Shown piece after piece: positions 9,490 through 19,874 of a stretch of DNA of 64,000 nucleotides. Below the pieces are notes generated by a model that did no database searches, was not told the DNA's origin, and was given only the letters and a program-made list of their open reading frames with translations. Both the position numbers and the translations under genes were made by a program. Each line of letters opens with the position of its first letter. Within the stretch, counting starts at the first letter, position 1. This DNA comes from Candidatus Aminicenantes bacterium (GTDB lineage Bacteria > Acidobacteriota > Aminicenantia > Aminicenantales > Saccharicenantaceae), in the NCBI GenBank assembly GCA_963736255.1, contig CAVTOI010000003.1, forward strand, positions 1,684,400 to 1,748,399, in the 5' to 3' direction.

Positions 9490-10398
9490 CTAGATCAGGA
9501 TCCCCTCGTCCCAGCCGAGCTTGACCAGCTCGATGCGGGCCGGGTCGCTCACGCCCAGATGATGGCGCGTGTCGGCCAGCTGGATGTGGTGCGGCGTCAT
9601 AGGGAGGGGCCGATCGTCGCCGAAGAAGGCCTTCCGCTTGGCCTGGATGATGCGCAAGCCCGTGGCGTCGGCCGCGACCGGGTCCCGGCTGACGATGAGG
9701 CCTTTGTACTCCCAAACGTATTCCTTGGCGTAGTTGTGCGGCCCGACGCTGTTGAAAAGCGGCGTGAACATGACCAGCACGTTAAGCCGGGTCTTGCCCT
9801 TGACCTCGGGCAGGCTCCAGATCGTGGCCAGGTCGGCGCAGGTGTCGCCGTGGTAGGCCGAGGGCTGGGGCACGAACATGATGTAGTTCTTGATCAGGCT
9901 GCCCACGCCCGACCAATGGTGGCTGCGCATCGGCCTGGCGTTGATGAGGGCCGTGGACTTCTGGAACACGGGATTACGGAGGACGCCGCGGTCGTCGATG
10001 CCGATCCTGTCCTCGGCGACGCCGGCGTCCATGACCCTCCGTTTGAGGGCCTGTTCGACCTCGGCCGTCGTCGGGATGTAGCGCCAGGCGTTCGTCTTGA
10101 TGCCGACAACATCCTCGGGCCTTATGAGCGTCTTCCAGGCCTTGGCGATGTCCTTCTCGCCGAGCAGGGCCCGGACGGCGTCGTCGAGCATCCTCTGGAC
10201 GACTTCGGCCGGCGGCGCGCCGCCCGAACCGAGCGGCGACGGATCGCGGACAAGCACGACTCGGACCTTTTCTTCCGCTGCGCCCGCCGCCTTCGACGGT
10301 CCCGGCGCTCCCTTGAGCGCGGGAACGAGCGCCCCGGCCAGCGGCGCCGCGGACGCGACCTTCAGGAAATCCCGGCGCGTGATCGTTCTGTTGCTCAT
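9490..10398 (-). CDS. Tat-secreted protein of unknown function, possibly DUF362-like
   Basis: Twin-arginine signal RRDFLKVASAAPLAGA; no recognisable catalytic motif; 4-bp overlap with the upstream gene. Confidence 0.6.
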   Translation of the reverse strand: MSNRTITRRDFLKVASAAPLAGALVPALKGAPGPSKAAGAAEEKVRVVLVRDPSPLGSGGAPPAEVVQRMLDDAVRALLGEKDIAKAWKTLIRPEDVVGIKTNAWRYIPTTAEVEQALKRRVMDAGVAEDRIGIDDRGVLRNPVFQKSTALINARPMRSHHWSGVGSLIKNYIMFVPQPSAYHGDTCADLATIWSLPEVKGKTRLNVLVMFTPLFNSVGPHNYAKEYVWEYKGLIVSRDPVAADATGLRIIQAKRKAFFGDDRPLPMTPHHIQLADTRHHLGVSDPARIELVKLGWDEGILI

Positions 10399-11327
10399 CG
10401 TTCTTTCCTCCCATCGGCGGACTTGGCCAACAGGGCCTCGAAGGCATCCAGGCGCTTGCCGGCCTTACCTTCACTCTCTTCATCGAAGACGACGGCGACA
10501 TGCCGGCCGCGGATGCGCACGGCCGTCCACTTGCCGTTCTCTGCCTTGACCTCGGCCTTCCCGCCGGCGTCGGGCATGTAGGCCCCGGCGAATGATGCAC
10601 CGGCCCTGCCCGCTTGGCCGGGATCGGCGTATTCGACGACGAGGAGCCGGCTCCGGCCGCTGCCGCTTCCCTTGTATTCGGCCAGGACCGCGGCGGCCGT
10701 CTGCCCGAGGAGCAGGATGTCCGCGTCGGCGACGAAGAAATGATAGTTGAGTACCGAGTGATTGTGGAAGAAGCGGACGCGCCCCGCCTCCACTCCCTCG
10801 GACGGCAGGAGCTTCAGCAGGCCGGGTTTCGGCCCCTCGCCGGGGATCGCTGCGGCGATGGCCCGGCCCAGCTCGAGCACCAGTTCCTTCGTCTCGGCGG
10901 TCTCCTCCTCGGCATAGACCGACAGGAAATAGCGGTCCTTCCAGAACGACAGGAGCCCGGCCTTGTACGTCGAACCCTGGCCGACCGCCGCGTCATCCCC
11001 GTCGAGGTCATGGGTGAAGACGCCGAAGGCATCCTCGGACGACCCCATGTCGAAGGCGTCCACCACCACGTCGGGCTTGCCGTCCTTGTGGAACCGGCGG
11101 GCCACGAGGATCTTCATATTGTAGGACCGGTAGACCTCGCCGGCCCCGTCGATGTAGTCGAAGATCGTCTCCGCATCGAAGACCTGGTCGGCCTCGGAGA
11201 GCCAAGGTCCGGCCGCCGTCGGGACATAGGAAGCGAGGACGCGGGCGTCGGGAGCTTTGGGTTGGCTCATCAGGGCGGGTCCTCCTAACCAGGCCAGGGC
11301 GGCGGCGAGAACGACGACCTTCTTCAT
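10395..11327 (-). CDS. secreted hypothetical protein
   Basis: Start chosen at MKKVVVLAAALAWLGG, a signal peptide, inside ORF 10395..11396; translationally coupled to the 9490..10398 gene. Confidence 0.55.
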   Translation of the reverse strand: MKKVVVLAAALAWLGGPALMSQPKAPDARVLASYVPTAAGPWLSEADQVFDAETIFDYIDGAGEVYRSYNMKILVARRFHKDGKPDVVVDAFDMGSSEDAFGVFTHDLDGDDAAVGQGSTYKAGLLSFWKDRYFLSVYAEEETAETKELVLELGRAIAAAIPGEGPKPGLLKLLPSEGVEAGRVRFFHNHSVLNYHFFVADADILLLGQTAAAVLAEYKGSGSGRSRLLVVEYADPGQAGRAGASFAGAYMPDAGGKAEVKAENGKWTAVRIRGRHVAVVFDEESEGKAGKRLDAFEALLAKSADGRKER

Positions 11328-11437
11328 TCCGCCCGATTGTACCATGCCCTTTCCGGAGTGACAAGGAAACGAACCGGGCGCCGCCTGCGTTTGCAAATTA
11401 GGAGCATTCCGTGAATAATATCCCGCAGGAGAGATGT

Positions 11438-12805
11438 ATGTCTGAGCGCCACTCGTTCGTTCCCGCCCTGATCGTCCTGGCCCTGGCCGTCATTCTCGGC
11501 GCGTGTTCCGCCAATAAGGACGGAGACGTGGTGACGCCGGTCGACATCCCCGCCGCTTCGATGTCCTATATCGTTCTCGCCTGGAGCGAGACGGGCATGC
11601 ATTTCATGAACCCGACCTATACCGCCGAGGTCCTCAGCCCCCCCTACAACACCATCCTCGCCCAAGTCGTCAGGCGGGGCGACCCGCCCGAGATCGTGAC
11701 GACCGGCGTCACGCTGGAATACACGATCGTCGGCAATACCTATTCGTATGGCAAGTCCACGGCCGCCCCCGACCCGGTCCGCGCCTACGCGCCCTTCTGG
11801 GACAATTCCCTCACTCTCTTCGGCGTCGACCTCGTCCATGACACCGGCCTCAATTTCGTCGATCCGGGCGTCCACAACGGCCTCTCCGGAACGATGCTCC
11901 TCAAGGGGGACCGCTTCGAGGTCGACGGCGTCCCGGTCGTCCCGATCACGGACCCGACGGTCGCGAACCCGGCGGGGGTCTGGGACCCCTATCAGGTCGC
12001 GGAGATCACGGTGCGCGACGCCACGACCGACGAAGTGCTGGCCACGACCCGTACGACCGTGGAAACCTCCGACGAGATCAACTGCGCCAAATGCCACGGT
12101 CAGACGGTCAACGACGTGGAGATCGGCTCCGTCCTTAGCGAGCACGACGAATCCCACGAGACGACGTTCGCCGCCGACGGCCAACCCGTGTTCTGCGCCT
12201 CGTGCCACGACAGTCTCGCCCTGGGGCGGACGGGCTCGACCACGGCGGAGGAGACCTTCTCCTACGCCATCCACATCTTCCACTACGATCAGACGATCGC
12301 CTGTTACGACTGCCATCCCGGAGCCACGACCAAGGCGAACCGGAGTACGGCGCACACGGCGGACGACGGCAGCTGCACGAACTGCCACGGCAACCTGACC
12401 AACCTGGCCGCCACCATCGCCGGCGGCCGCGTGCCCTGGCAGAACGAGCCCAAGTGCGTCGATTGCCACACCTTCGTGGCCGAGGTCGACACGGGGACGG
12501 CCCTGTACCGGAACGGCGTGGGCCACGGCGATCTGTCTTGCCCGGCCTGCCACGGACCGGCGCACGCCCAGGTCCCCTCCGGCAAGGATTCGGATAACTA
12601 CCAGGCAGTGCAGTACCAGAGCAAGGCCCTCTCGATCGGCAGCTGCAGGGTCTGCCACAGTACCGCAAAGGGTGGCGGATTATTGGGCGTCGTCGATGCC
12701 CACGGCGGCAGCCGGCCGACGGCCTGCACGGTCTGTCACACGGGGCCGATCACGACGACCAACCCCCTGCATTTTCCCCATCGGTTCCAGCACCGGGACC
12801 GCTGA
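11438..12805 (+). CDS. octaheme c-type cytochrome lipoprotein
   Basis: Lipobox LGACS. Eight CxxCH motifs: CAKCH, CASCH, CYDCH, CTNCH, CVDCH, CPACH, CRVCH, CTVCH. RBS AGGAGAG lies before the ATG at 11438. Confidence 0.85.
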   Translation: MSERHSFVPALIVLALAVILGACSANKDGDVVTPVDIPAASMSYIVLAWSETGMHFMNPTYTAEVLSPPYNTILAQVVRRGDPPEIVTTGVTLEYTIVGNTYSYGKSTAAPDPVRAYAPFWDNSLTLFGVDLVHDTGLNFVDPGVHNGLSGTMLLKGDRFEVDGVPVVPITDPTVANPAGVWDPYQVAEITVRDATTDEVLATTRTTVETSDEINCAKCHGQTVNDVEIGSVLSEHDESHETTFAADGQPVFCASCHDSLALGRTGSTTAEETFSYAIHIFHYDQTIACYDCHPGATTKANRSTAHTADDGSCTNCHGNLTNLAATIAGGRVPWQNEPKCVDCHTFVAEVDTGTALYRNGVGHGDLSCPACHGPAHAQVPSGKDSDNYQAVQYQSKALSIGSCRVCHSTAKGGGLLGVVDAHGGSRPTACTVCHTGPITTTNPLHFPHRFQHRDR

Positions 12806-12820
12806 CGGCCTCGCCCGTAG

Positions 12821-15128
12821 CTATCGTCCCCCCGCGCGGGACATGCGATCGACGTACATCCTCAGGAAGCGCATGGCCTCGTCGGCCCGCCGGAAGACCG
12901 GGATCCCGGCTTTCTCGAGGCGACCGGCCAGCGGGTCGTAGAGCGCGCCGGCGTCGATGTTGGCGATGACCGGCTTGTCCGTCGCCCGGAAGATCTCGAT
13001 CGTCCTCGCGGCGAAGCCCGCCGGGCCGGGTCAGGTCCTCGGAGTGCCCCTCCCCCGCCGGCAGCGTCTGCAGGGCCTTGGTCAGGGGGACGTTGGAGAT
13101 GACGGCGCAATCGACGCCGGGGTCATCAATGAAGGCCCGGACGCTGTCCATGAACGCCGCGTCGTCAGCGACGGGGGTCACGTCGAGCGGGTTGTGGATG
13201 TCGAGGAGGCGGTCGATGCCAAGCGGCCGGAGACTGGCCAGGATCCGCTCCCGAGTCTCCGGGGCGAACGTCGCCAGATCGAGCCCGGCGCCGTCCTTGA
13301 GGTTGTCGGCCATCATGACGCACTCGAAACCGGCGTTGCTGACGAGACCGACCCGCCGGCCCCGGACGACCCGCCCCTCGAGCCAGGCCAGGCCTTTCAT
13401 GAAGCTCTCGAACTCGAAGAGGTCCTCGGCCACGATGGCCCCGGCCTGGGCGCAGACGGCCTTGAAGACGCCATAATCGCCCGCCACGGAGGCGGTGTGG
13501 CTCGAGGTCGCCGAACGTCCCTCGGGGCTGCGGCCGGCCTTGTAGACGAGGACCGAACGGCCGGAGGCGGTGATCTCGCGGATGGCCCGCGCGAAGGCCA
13601 GCCCGTCGCCGGGCTTGAACCCTTCCATATAAACACTGAAGGTCCGGATCTTGGGGTCGTTCTTCAGGGCATTCAGGTAGTCGGAGGCCGTGAGGTCCAG
13701 CTGGTTGCCGAGGGAGACGGAATAGACCGGCTCGATCGCCGGCAGCTTGCTCATGCGGCAGATCATGAAGGCCCCGCTCTGGCTGATCATGGCGGTCGCG
13801 GAGCCGGCCTGCTTCGGGCGAGGCAGCTTGTGGTCGGGGATGAACAGCGTGTCGTAGAGGCCGGGCTTCGAGACGACGCCCAGGCAGTTGCCGCCGTTGA
13901 CGACCGGCGTCGTCCTGCCGCTCCTCCGGCCTTCGGCGAGGAGGTCGCGGATCCGGCCTTCGATCGATGCGCCGCCTTCCTTCTCGCCCATCCCTCCGGC
14001 GATGAGGATGACCGAGCGGGCCTTGCCGTGGTCGACGAGGTCCTTCATGACGTCATAGACTTGGTCGGCGCCGAGAGTCAGGACAAAGAGGTCGACCGTC
14101 CCCGGCATGGCTTCGACCGAGGGGACGCACCGGCAGCCCTCGATAGACTCGGCCCCGGGCTTGATCACGACCACATTGGCGGCCGCAAAACCGCCCTTGA
14201 GAATGTTCTTGAGGATGACGCGGCCGATGTTCATCTTCTCCGAGACGCCGATGATGCCGATCGTCGCCGGCTTGAGCAGGCGGCCGACGGCCTCGATGGG
14301 GCGCGTCGAGGGGGCGGCCTTCGCTCGGGAGAACCGGCACACGCCGTCCAGGGGAACGAGCCGCCCGCGGCGGACAACGAAGGGATTGACCTCGGCTTCC
14401 TCGAGGACGAACGGGGTCTCCGCGCTGAAGGCCGAAAAGGCCGCGGCCAGGTCGCGGAAACGAAGAAGGGTCTCGACCAGGACCTCGGGCGAGACGAGAG
14501 GCTTGCGGCCACGGAACTCCGCGGCGAGCTTGCCATAGAAGGTCAGCGGCGAGATAAGATCTTGGGCTCTAGCGTCGTCCAGGAGATGGGCGGAGGCGAT
14601 GGCCACGGCCCTCCCCTCCTTGAGCCGCGCGTTCATGTATTCGACGTCGAGGCCCCCCGAACCCATGGTCAGCACCGGCCCGAAGTCCTGGGAATTCCGC
14701 AGGCCGAGAAGGATCTCCGAGCCGAACCCGGCATTGTCGAACGCCACCTTCTCGACGAGGAGGAAACCGCGGATGGACCCCCGGACCTCCTTCCTCTTGG
14801 CCGCTGGGGTCCGGGATACGACGGCGCGCATCATGGCCGCGCAAGCCCTCTTCACGGCGGCGGGGTTGGCCTTGGCGAAAGCGACGCCGCCGACGTCGGA
14901 CTTGTGGATGACGAGGGGCGAGACGATCTTGACGACGACCTCGTCCGAGCCCAGCGCGCCGAGCTCCCGGCGGCCGACCGCTCCGCCGGCCTGAACGAAG
15001 AGGTGGCGGGGCGTCGGGATGCCCGCGTCCTTCAGGACCTCGTAGACTTCGGGCTCGAGGAGGACGCTCCGCCCGTCCTTCTCCGCCTTTTCGAGGACGC
15101 GGACCGTCCGGACCCAGGCGGTTTTCAT
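12821..15128 (-). CDS. ADP-forming acetyl/aryl-CoA synthetase (NDP-forming acyl-CoA ligase, fused alpha+beta) with an apparent frameshift near 12995
   Basis: MKTAWVRTV... CoA-binding, succinyl-CoA-synthetase-like and ATP-grasp domains. After ...GEGHSEDL the expected C-terminus (...IEIFRATDKPVIANIDAGALYDPLAGRLEKAGIPVFRRADEAMRFLRMYV) continues in the +1 frame to a TAG at 12821. The start overlaps the iorB stop (ATGA). Confidence 0.7.
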
Positions 15129-15703
15129 GAGCCGAGCGCCGCTTTCCTGCCGAGCTCGAAGGCCCTGAGGTTGGCCTCGAGGACGGTCGGGCCACGCCCA
15201 CGGAAGAGGGTGTCGATCGTTCTGAGGAGGCTCTCCTGTTTGAGGATCAGGAACCCCGCCGCCGCTCCGAGCAGGACGATGTTCTGGGCCTTGACCGTGC
15301 CGGCCTCTTTGGCCAGCTTCTCGGAATCGACGACGATGCTGCGCGGCGCCAGCCGCAGGGCTTCGATGACCTTGTCGACGTCGGGATAGTCGGGGATGTT
15401 CCGGAAAGGGGTCGAGCTGGTGATGACGATCCCGTCCGGCCGGAGATGGTCGATATAGCGCAGGGCCTCGAGCGGCTCGACGCTGAGGATCATGTCCGCT
15501 TCGCCCTTGGGGATGAGGTCGCTCCAGATCGTCCCGTCGGACAGCCGCATGTGGGACTGGACGGCGCCGCCGCGCTGGGCCATGCCGTGGACCTCGGCCT
15601 GCTTGAAGGACAGGCCGTCGGCGAGGGCCGCGTTGTCGATGACGTAAGCGATGGACAGGATACCCTGGCCGCCGACGCCCGCGAGGATGATGTCCTGTTT
15701 CAT
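15125..15703 (-). CDS. iorB: indolepyruvate:ferredoxin oxidoreductase subunit beta
   Basis: 192 aa; pyruvate/ketoisovalerate oxidoreductase gamma-like domain (GVGGQGI...). Confidence 0.85.
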   Translation of the reverse strand: MKQDIILAGVGGQGILSIAYVIDNAALADGLSFKQAEVHGMAQRGGAVQSHMRLSDGTIWSDLIPKGEADMILSVEPLEALRYIDHLRPDGIVITSSTPFRNIPDYPDVDKVIEALRLAPRSIVVDSEKLAKEAGTVKAQNIVLLGAAAGFLILKQESLLRTIDTLFRGRGPTVLEANLRAFELGRKAALGS

Positions 15704-15706
15704 ACC

Positions 15707-17299
15707 CTAGCTCCTTCTCTTCCGCTGTTCCTGGACGCACTCGCGGACGGCGACGACAACGGACAACCCGCGGTAGTCGATCTCGTCTTTGAGGACCTCA
15801 ACGTTCCTGTCGTGGTTCTTCGGCAGCGGCTCGATCGTCCGGATGTGATCCTTGGGGACGCCGAGGCTTTCGACGAGACGGAGCAGGCGCTCGCCGGAGC
15901 CGTAGGTCGGCTGGCCTCCGGTCATGGCCGTCGTGGCGTTGTCGAGGATGATGACGGTCATGTCGGTGTTCGCCGTGGCCGCGCTGAGGAGCGGCGTGAT
16001 GCCCGAGTGGGCGAACGTCGAATCGCCGATGACCGAGACGGCCGGGTGGAGGCCGACATCGGAAGCGCCGCGGGCCATGCCGATGCTCGCGCCCATGCAG
16101 ACGCAGCTATGGATGGCGTTATGGGGCGGCAGGGCGCCCAGCGTGTAGCACCCGATGTCGCTGAAGACGTTGGATCCCGTGCGCCCCTCGAGGGCCTTGT
16201 TGAGCGCCTTGAAGGTGTCGGTATGAGGACAGCCGACGCAGAGCTGGGGGGGCCGGTTCGCGAGCGGCAGCCCGCTCGCCTGAAGGGACGGGAGTGGATC
16301 GCGGCCGAGGGCCCGGCGGACGATGTCGGGCGTCAGCTCGCCGGAGGCCGGCAGGGCCCCGCTCATTTTGCCCCGGACGGTCTTCCCGGGGATCCCGAAA
16401 AGGCCCTGGATCTGCCGCTCGATGAAAGGATAGCCGTCCTCGAGGACGAGGATCGTGTCGACATGGCCGACGAGCTTGCGGATGAGCCCTTCGGGCAGCG
16501 GATAGGTCGAGATCTTGAGAAAGGACGGCGGGGCCGCGTCGCCGGCGACGGCCTCGCGAAAATAGTTGTACGCGATCCCCGAGGCGATAACGCCAAAGGA
16601 GCGGTCCTTATCGTCGAGCTTCAGGATGTTGAAGCGGGATTCGTCGGAGAAGCGGACCATCTCGCCCTGGCGGTCGAGGAGCTCCGTAAAGCGCCGGCGG
16701 GCGTTGACGGGAAGGAGGATCCAGTCCTTCCCGGCGCCCTTCTTCAGCTCGTTCTGCGGCCTCGGCTCCCGGGTCTCCACGGCCGAGCGGCTGTGGGACA
16801 GGCGCGTCACCAGGCGCATGAGCACGGGCAGACCGAGGCGCTCGGACAGGTCGAAAGCCTCCCGGGTCATGTCATACGCTTCCTGATGGTCGGACGGCTC
16901 ATAGCCGAAAATCTGGGCGAACTGGACGTAGAAGCGGCTGTCCTGCTCGTTCTGCGAGCTGTGCATGCCGGGGTCGTCGGCGCTGACGACAAGGAAGCCG
17001 CCGTTGGCGCCGGTGATGGCGGAGTTCATGAAGGGGTCCGCGGCGACGTTGAGGCCGACGTGCTTGAACGAGACGAGGGCCCTCTTCCCGGCGAACGAGG
17101 CGCCGAGGGCCTCTTCGTAGGCGACCTTCTCGTTCACCGACCAGACTGCAGGGAAGGCCTTGGTCTCGGCGGCCAGCCGCACGAGGTACTCGAGGATCTC
17201 GGACGCGGGCGTGCCGGGATACGAATAGGCCGCCGAGAGCCCGGCGTGAACGGCCCCCAGGGCCACGGCTTCATCTCCGAGGAGGATCTGACGGGGCAT
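15707..17299 (-). CDS. iorA: indolepyruvate:ferredoxin oxidoreductase subunit alpha (no ferredoxin domain)
   Basis: 530 aa; TPP-binding and transketolase-like domains of IorA/2-oxoacid:ferredoxin oxidoreductases (CPGCPH-type motif LCVGCPHTD). Confidence 0.85.
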   Translation of the reverse strand: MPRQILLGDEAVALGAVHAGLSAAYSYPGTPASEILEYLVRLAAETKAFPAVWSVNEKVAYEEALGASFAGKRALVSFKHVGLNVAADPFMNSAITGANGGFLVVSADDPGMHSSQNEQDSRFYVQFAQIFGYEPSDHQEAYDMTREAFDLSERLGLPVLMRLVTRLSHSRSAVETREPRPQNELKKGAGKDWILLPVNARRRFTELLDRQGEMVRFSDESRFNILKLDDKDRSFGVIASGIAYNYFREAVAGDAAPPSFLKISTYPLPEGLIRKLVGHVDTILVLEDGYPFIERQIQGLFGIPGKTVRGKMSGALPASGELTPDIVRRALGRDPLPSLQASGLPLANRPPQLCVGCPHTDTFKALNKALEGRTGSNVFSDIGCYTLGALPPHNAIHSCVCMGASIGMARGASDVGLHPAVSVIGDSTFAHSGITPLLSAATANTDMTVIILDNATTAMTGGQPTYGSGERLLRLVESLGVPKDHIRTIEPLPKNHDRNVEVLKDEIDYRGLSVVVAVRECVQEQRKRRS

Positions 17300-17394
17300 G
17301 GGTGTTCCTTTATCGAAGGGATTTCGGGGCTAGGATACTCATTGCGCGATGAGGGTGTCAAGCCGGCGCCGCCGGGCCTGCGGCCGCTTGAGAG

Positions 17395-17453
17395 TTGACT
17401 AAGTTGATAATTCCCATAGGTCTATGTTGATATTCACCGAAAACCTCTATAAT
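17395..17453 (+). promoter_or_regulatory. putative promoter/operator of the Rrf2 gene: TTGACT, direct repeats GTTGATAaTTCC / GTTGATATTCAC, and a TATAAT -10
   Basis: AT-rich island between divergent iorA and the Rrf2 gene; TATAAT at 17448-17453; the two GTTGATA repeats are 22 nt apart. Confidence 0.4.
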
Positions 17454-17475
17454 ATGAGTGGAAAAGGAGCCGGCC

Positions 17476-17925
17476 ATGATCAGACTCTCGACCAAGGGAC
17501 GCTACGGGACGCGCCTGATGCTGAACCTCGCCCGCCATCACGGCGTCGGCAAAGAAGCTGTCATTCTCAAGAACATCGCCGACGACGAGAGGATCTCGAT
17601 CCGCTACCTCGAGCAGATCATCATTCCCCTCAAGATCAATCGCCTCGTCAAGAGCATCCGCGGCGCCGGCGGCGGCTATACCCTGGCCCGCAAGCCCGAA
17701 GAGATCCGGATCAGCGAGATCCTGACCGCCCTCGAGGGCAACTGCTGTCTCGTCGAATGCATCGAGGACGGGACCTACTGCGAGTTCACGGAATCCTGCC
17801 CGACCCACGACATCTGGAAAGGCGCCACGGTTATCCTGAGGAATTACTTCGACAGCATCAGCCTCAAGGACGCCATGGTCATGGCCGAGAAGAAGGACAG
17901 GAAGCTCAAGGCCAAAGGCCGCTGA
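17476..17925 (+). CDS. Rrf2-family transcriptional regulator (IscR-like; Cys ligands present)
   Basis: MIRLSTKGRYG... winged-helix N-terminus and a C-terminal Cys cluster (CCLVEC...C...C); RBS AAAGGAG. Confidence 0.85.
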   Translation: MIRLSTKGRYGTRLMLNLARHHGVGKEAVILKNIADDERISIRYLEQIIIPLKINRLVKSIRGAGGGYTLARKPEEIRISEILTALEGNCCLVECIEDGTYCEFTESCPTHDIWKGATVILRNYFDSISLKDAMVMAEKKDRKLKAKGR

Positions 17926-17931
17926 GGTTCA

Positions 17932-18966
17932 TTAGGTCTTTTCCAACCCCCGGAAAAACGCCGGCCAGAACGGGTCCTGCTCCGGGACAGCGAGCGTTTC
18001 CGTCCGGCCGTCCGAACGACGGATCGTCCGGCAGCGGCGGTCCGCAAGGACCCGCCCAACGACCGAGGCGGCGATGCGCTTCCTCTTCAGCCGGGCCAGG
18101 ACGCCGGCGCTCTTCCCCGGCGTAACGGTGATGAGGAGGCTGCCTTCGGCGATGGCCCGGACCGGGTCGATGCCAAAAGCCTCGCAGACCATGCGGACCT
18201 CGTCCGGGTAGACGAAGAGCCGCTCGTCGATCTCCATGCCCACGCGGCTCGCGGCCGCGATCTCGAAGAGCCCCCCCATGACCCCGCCTTCCGTCGCATC
18301 GTGCATGGCCGTGACGCCTCCGGCCGCCGCGGCCGTGAGCGCGTCGTCGACGACCGTGATGGACCGGGCCAGGGCTTTCGCTTTATCGACGAGGGCGGCG
18401 GGATATTTCGCCAGCAGCTCTTCCTCGCGAAGGGCCGCCAGCAGGGCGGCCGTCTCGATGGCCGGGCCCTTGGTCAGGATGATCTCGTCGCCGGGCCGGG
18501 CCCCAGCCGGCGTGACGATGTCCTTCTTGCGTCCCACGGCGAAGACCGTGATGCCGCCGATCGTCGGCGCCGTGAAGCCCGGGTAGTACCCGGTGTGGCC
18601 GCCGATGATGGCGATCCCGAGGTCCCGGGCGGCCCGGTGGATCGCATCGATGATCCGCTTGATATCCTCGCGTGCCGTATCCGGCGGAAGGAGCAGCGAA
18701 TAGGTCATGTACCGCGGCTTGATGCCCATGACCGCGACGTCGCTCGCCCCGATGTGGACGGTGAAGCGGCCGAACATCTCCAGGGGCAGACGGGGCATGG
18801 TGAAGATCGGGTCCTCGGCGACGACAAGGACCCGGCCTCGGCCGAGATCGACGACGCCGGCATCGACGCCGGTCATGGGCGGGACAAGGACGCTCGGGTC
18901 GCGCCGGCCGAACTTCCCCATCACGAGCGAGCGGAAATCGGTTTCATCGATCTTGCCGATCTTCAT
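17932..18966 (-). CDS. AIR-synthase-related (PurM/HypE-like) protein
   Basis: MKIGKIDETDF... with PurM-like N- and C-domains, inside the longer ORF 17932..19302. Confidence 0.7.
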   Translation of the reverse strand: MKIGKIDETDFRSLVMGKFGRRDPSVLVPPMTGVDAGVVDLGRGRVLVVAEDPIFTMPRLPLEMFGRFTVHIGASDVAVMGIKPRYMTYSLLLPPDTAREDIKRIIDAIHRAARDLGIAIIGGHTGYYPGFTAPTIGGITVFAVGRKKDIVTPAGARPGDEIILTKGPAIETAALLAALREEELLAKYPAALVDKAKALARSITVVDDALTAAAAGGVTAMHDATEGGVMGGLFEIAAASRVGMEIDERLFVYPDEVRMVCEAFGIDPVRAIAEGSLLITVTPGKSAGVLARLKRKRIAASVVGRVLADRRCRTIRRSDGRTETLAVPEQDPFWPAFFRGLEKT

Positions 18967-18983
18967 GGCCGAGCCTCGACGGT

Positions 18984-19874
18984 TCAGGGCGCGAGGCCGG
19001 CCTTGCGTTCGGCGGCCTCGATGGTGTTCATCATCAGCATCGTCACCGTCATGGGCCCGACGCCGCCGGGCACCGGGGTGATGGCCGAGGCCTTCTCCTT
19101 GATGGGCTCGAAATCGACGTCGCCGACGAGGCGGAAGCCCTTGGCGCAGGTCGCGTCGGGCACGCGGTTGACGCCGACGTCGATGACGACGCAGCCATCG
19201 GGGACCATCTCGGCCTTGATCGCCCGCGGCACGCCCATGGCGGCGACGAGGATGTCGGCCTGGAGCGTGAACCGGGCGATGTCGGGCGTCGCTGTGTGAC
19301 AAATCGTCACCGTGGCGTTGGCCCCCTTCTTCTTCTGGATGAGCATGGCGGCCAGCGGCTTGCCGACGATGTTGCTCCGGCCGCAGATGACGACGTGCTT
19401 GCCGTCCGGGCCGTAGCCGCCGCGGACGAGGAGCTGGACGACGCCGTACGGCGTGCAGGGCAGAGGGCAGGGCTCGCCACGCAGCATCTTGCCGACGTTG
19501 ACCGGGTGGAAGCCGTCGACGTCCTTGTCCGGGGAGATGAGGTTGATGACCTTCCCGGAGTCGACGTACTTCGGCAAGGGCAGCTGGACGAGGAAGCCGT
19601 TGTACCGCTCGTCCCGGTTGAGGCTGTCGACCTGGCGGAGGATCTCCTCCTCGGACGAATCCGGCGCCATCCGGATCGTCGTCTCGAAGATGCCGATCTC
19701 CTCGGCCGCCTTGCCCTTGGCCGTCACGTAAGACACCGAGGCGGGGTCCTCGCCTACGAGGACGACGGCCAGTCCTGGCACGTGCCCTTTCTCTTTAAGA
19801 CGGGCCGCGCGGCCCTTGAGCTCTTCACGGATCTGGCAGGAAACGTCCCTGCCGCTGATGATCGTCGCCGCCAT
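18984..19874 (-). CDS. folD: bifunctional methylenetetrahydrofolate dehydrogenase/cyclohydrolase
   Basis: 296-aa FolD with conserved ...GRSNIVGKP...PGGVGPMT... Confidence 0.9.
   Translation of the reverse strand: MAATIISGRDVSCQIREELKGRAARLKEKGHVPGLAVVLVGEDPASVSYVTAKGKAAEEIGIFETTIRMAPDSSEEEILRQVDSLNRDERYNGFLVQLPLPKYVDSGKVINLISPDKDVDGFHPVNVGKMLRGEPCPLPCTPYGVVQLLVRGGYGPDGKHVVICGRSNIVGKPLAAMLIQKKKGANATVTICHTATPDIARFTLQADILVAAMGVPRAIKAEMVPDGCVVIDVGVNRVPDATCAKGFRLVGDVDFEPIKEKASAITPVPGGVGPMTVTMLMMNTIEAAERKAGLAP

Noticed and set aside
14053-14538. Small ORFs nested inside the ACS gene
   Set aside because: They lie entirely within, and antisense to or out of frame with, a well-supported CDS, and have no independent signals.
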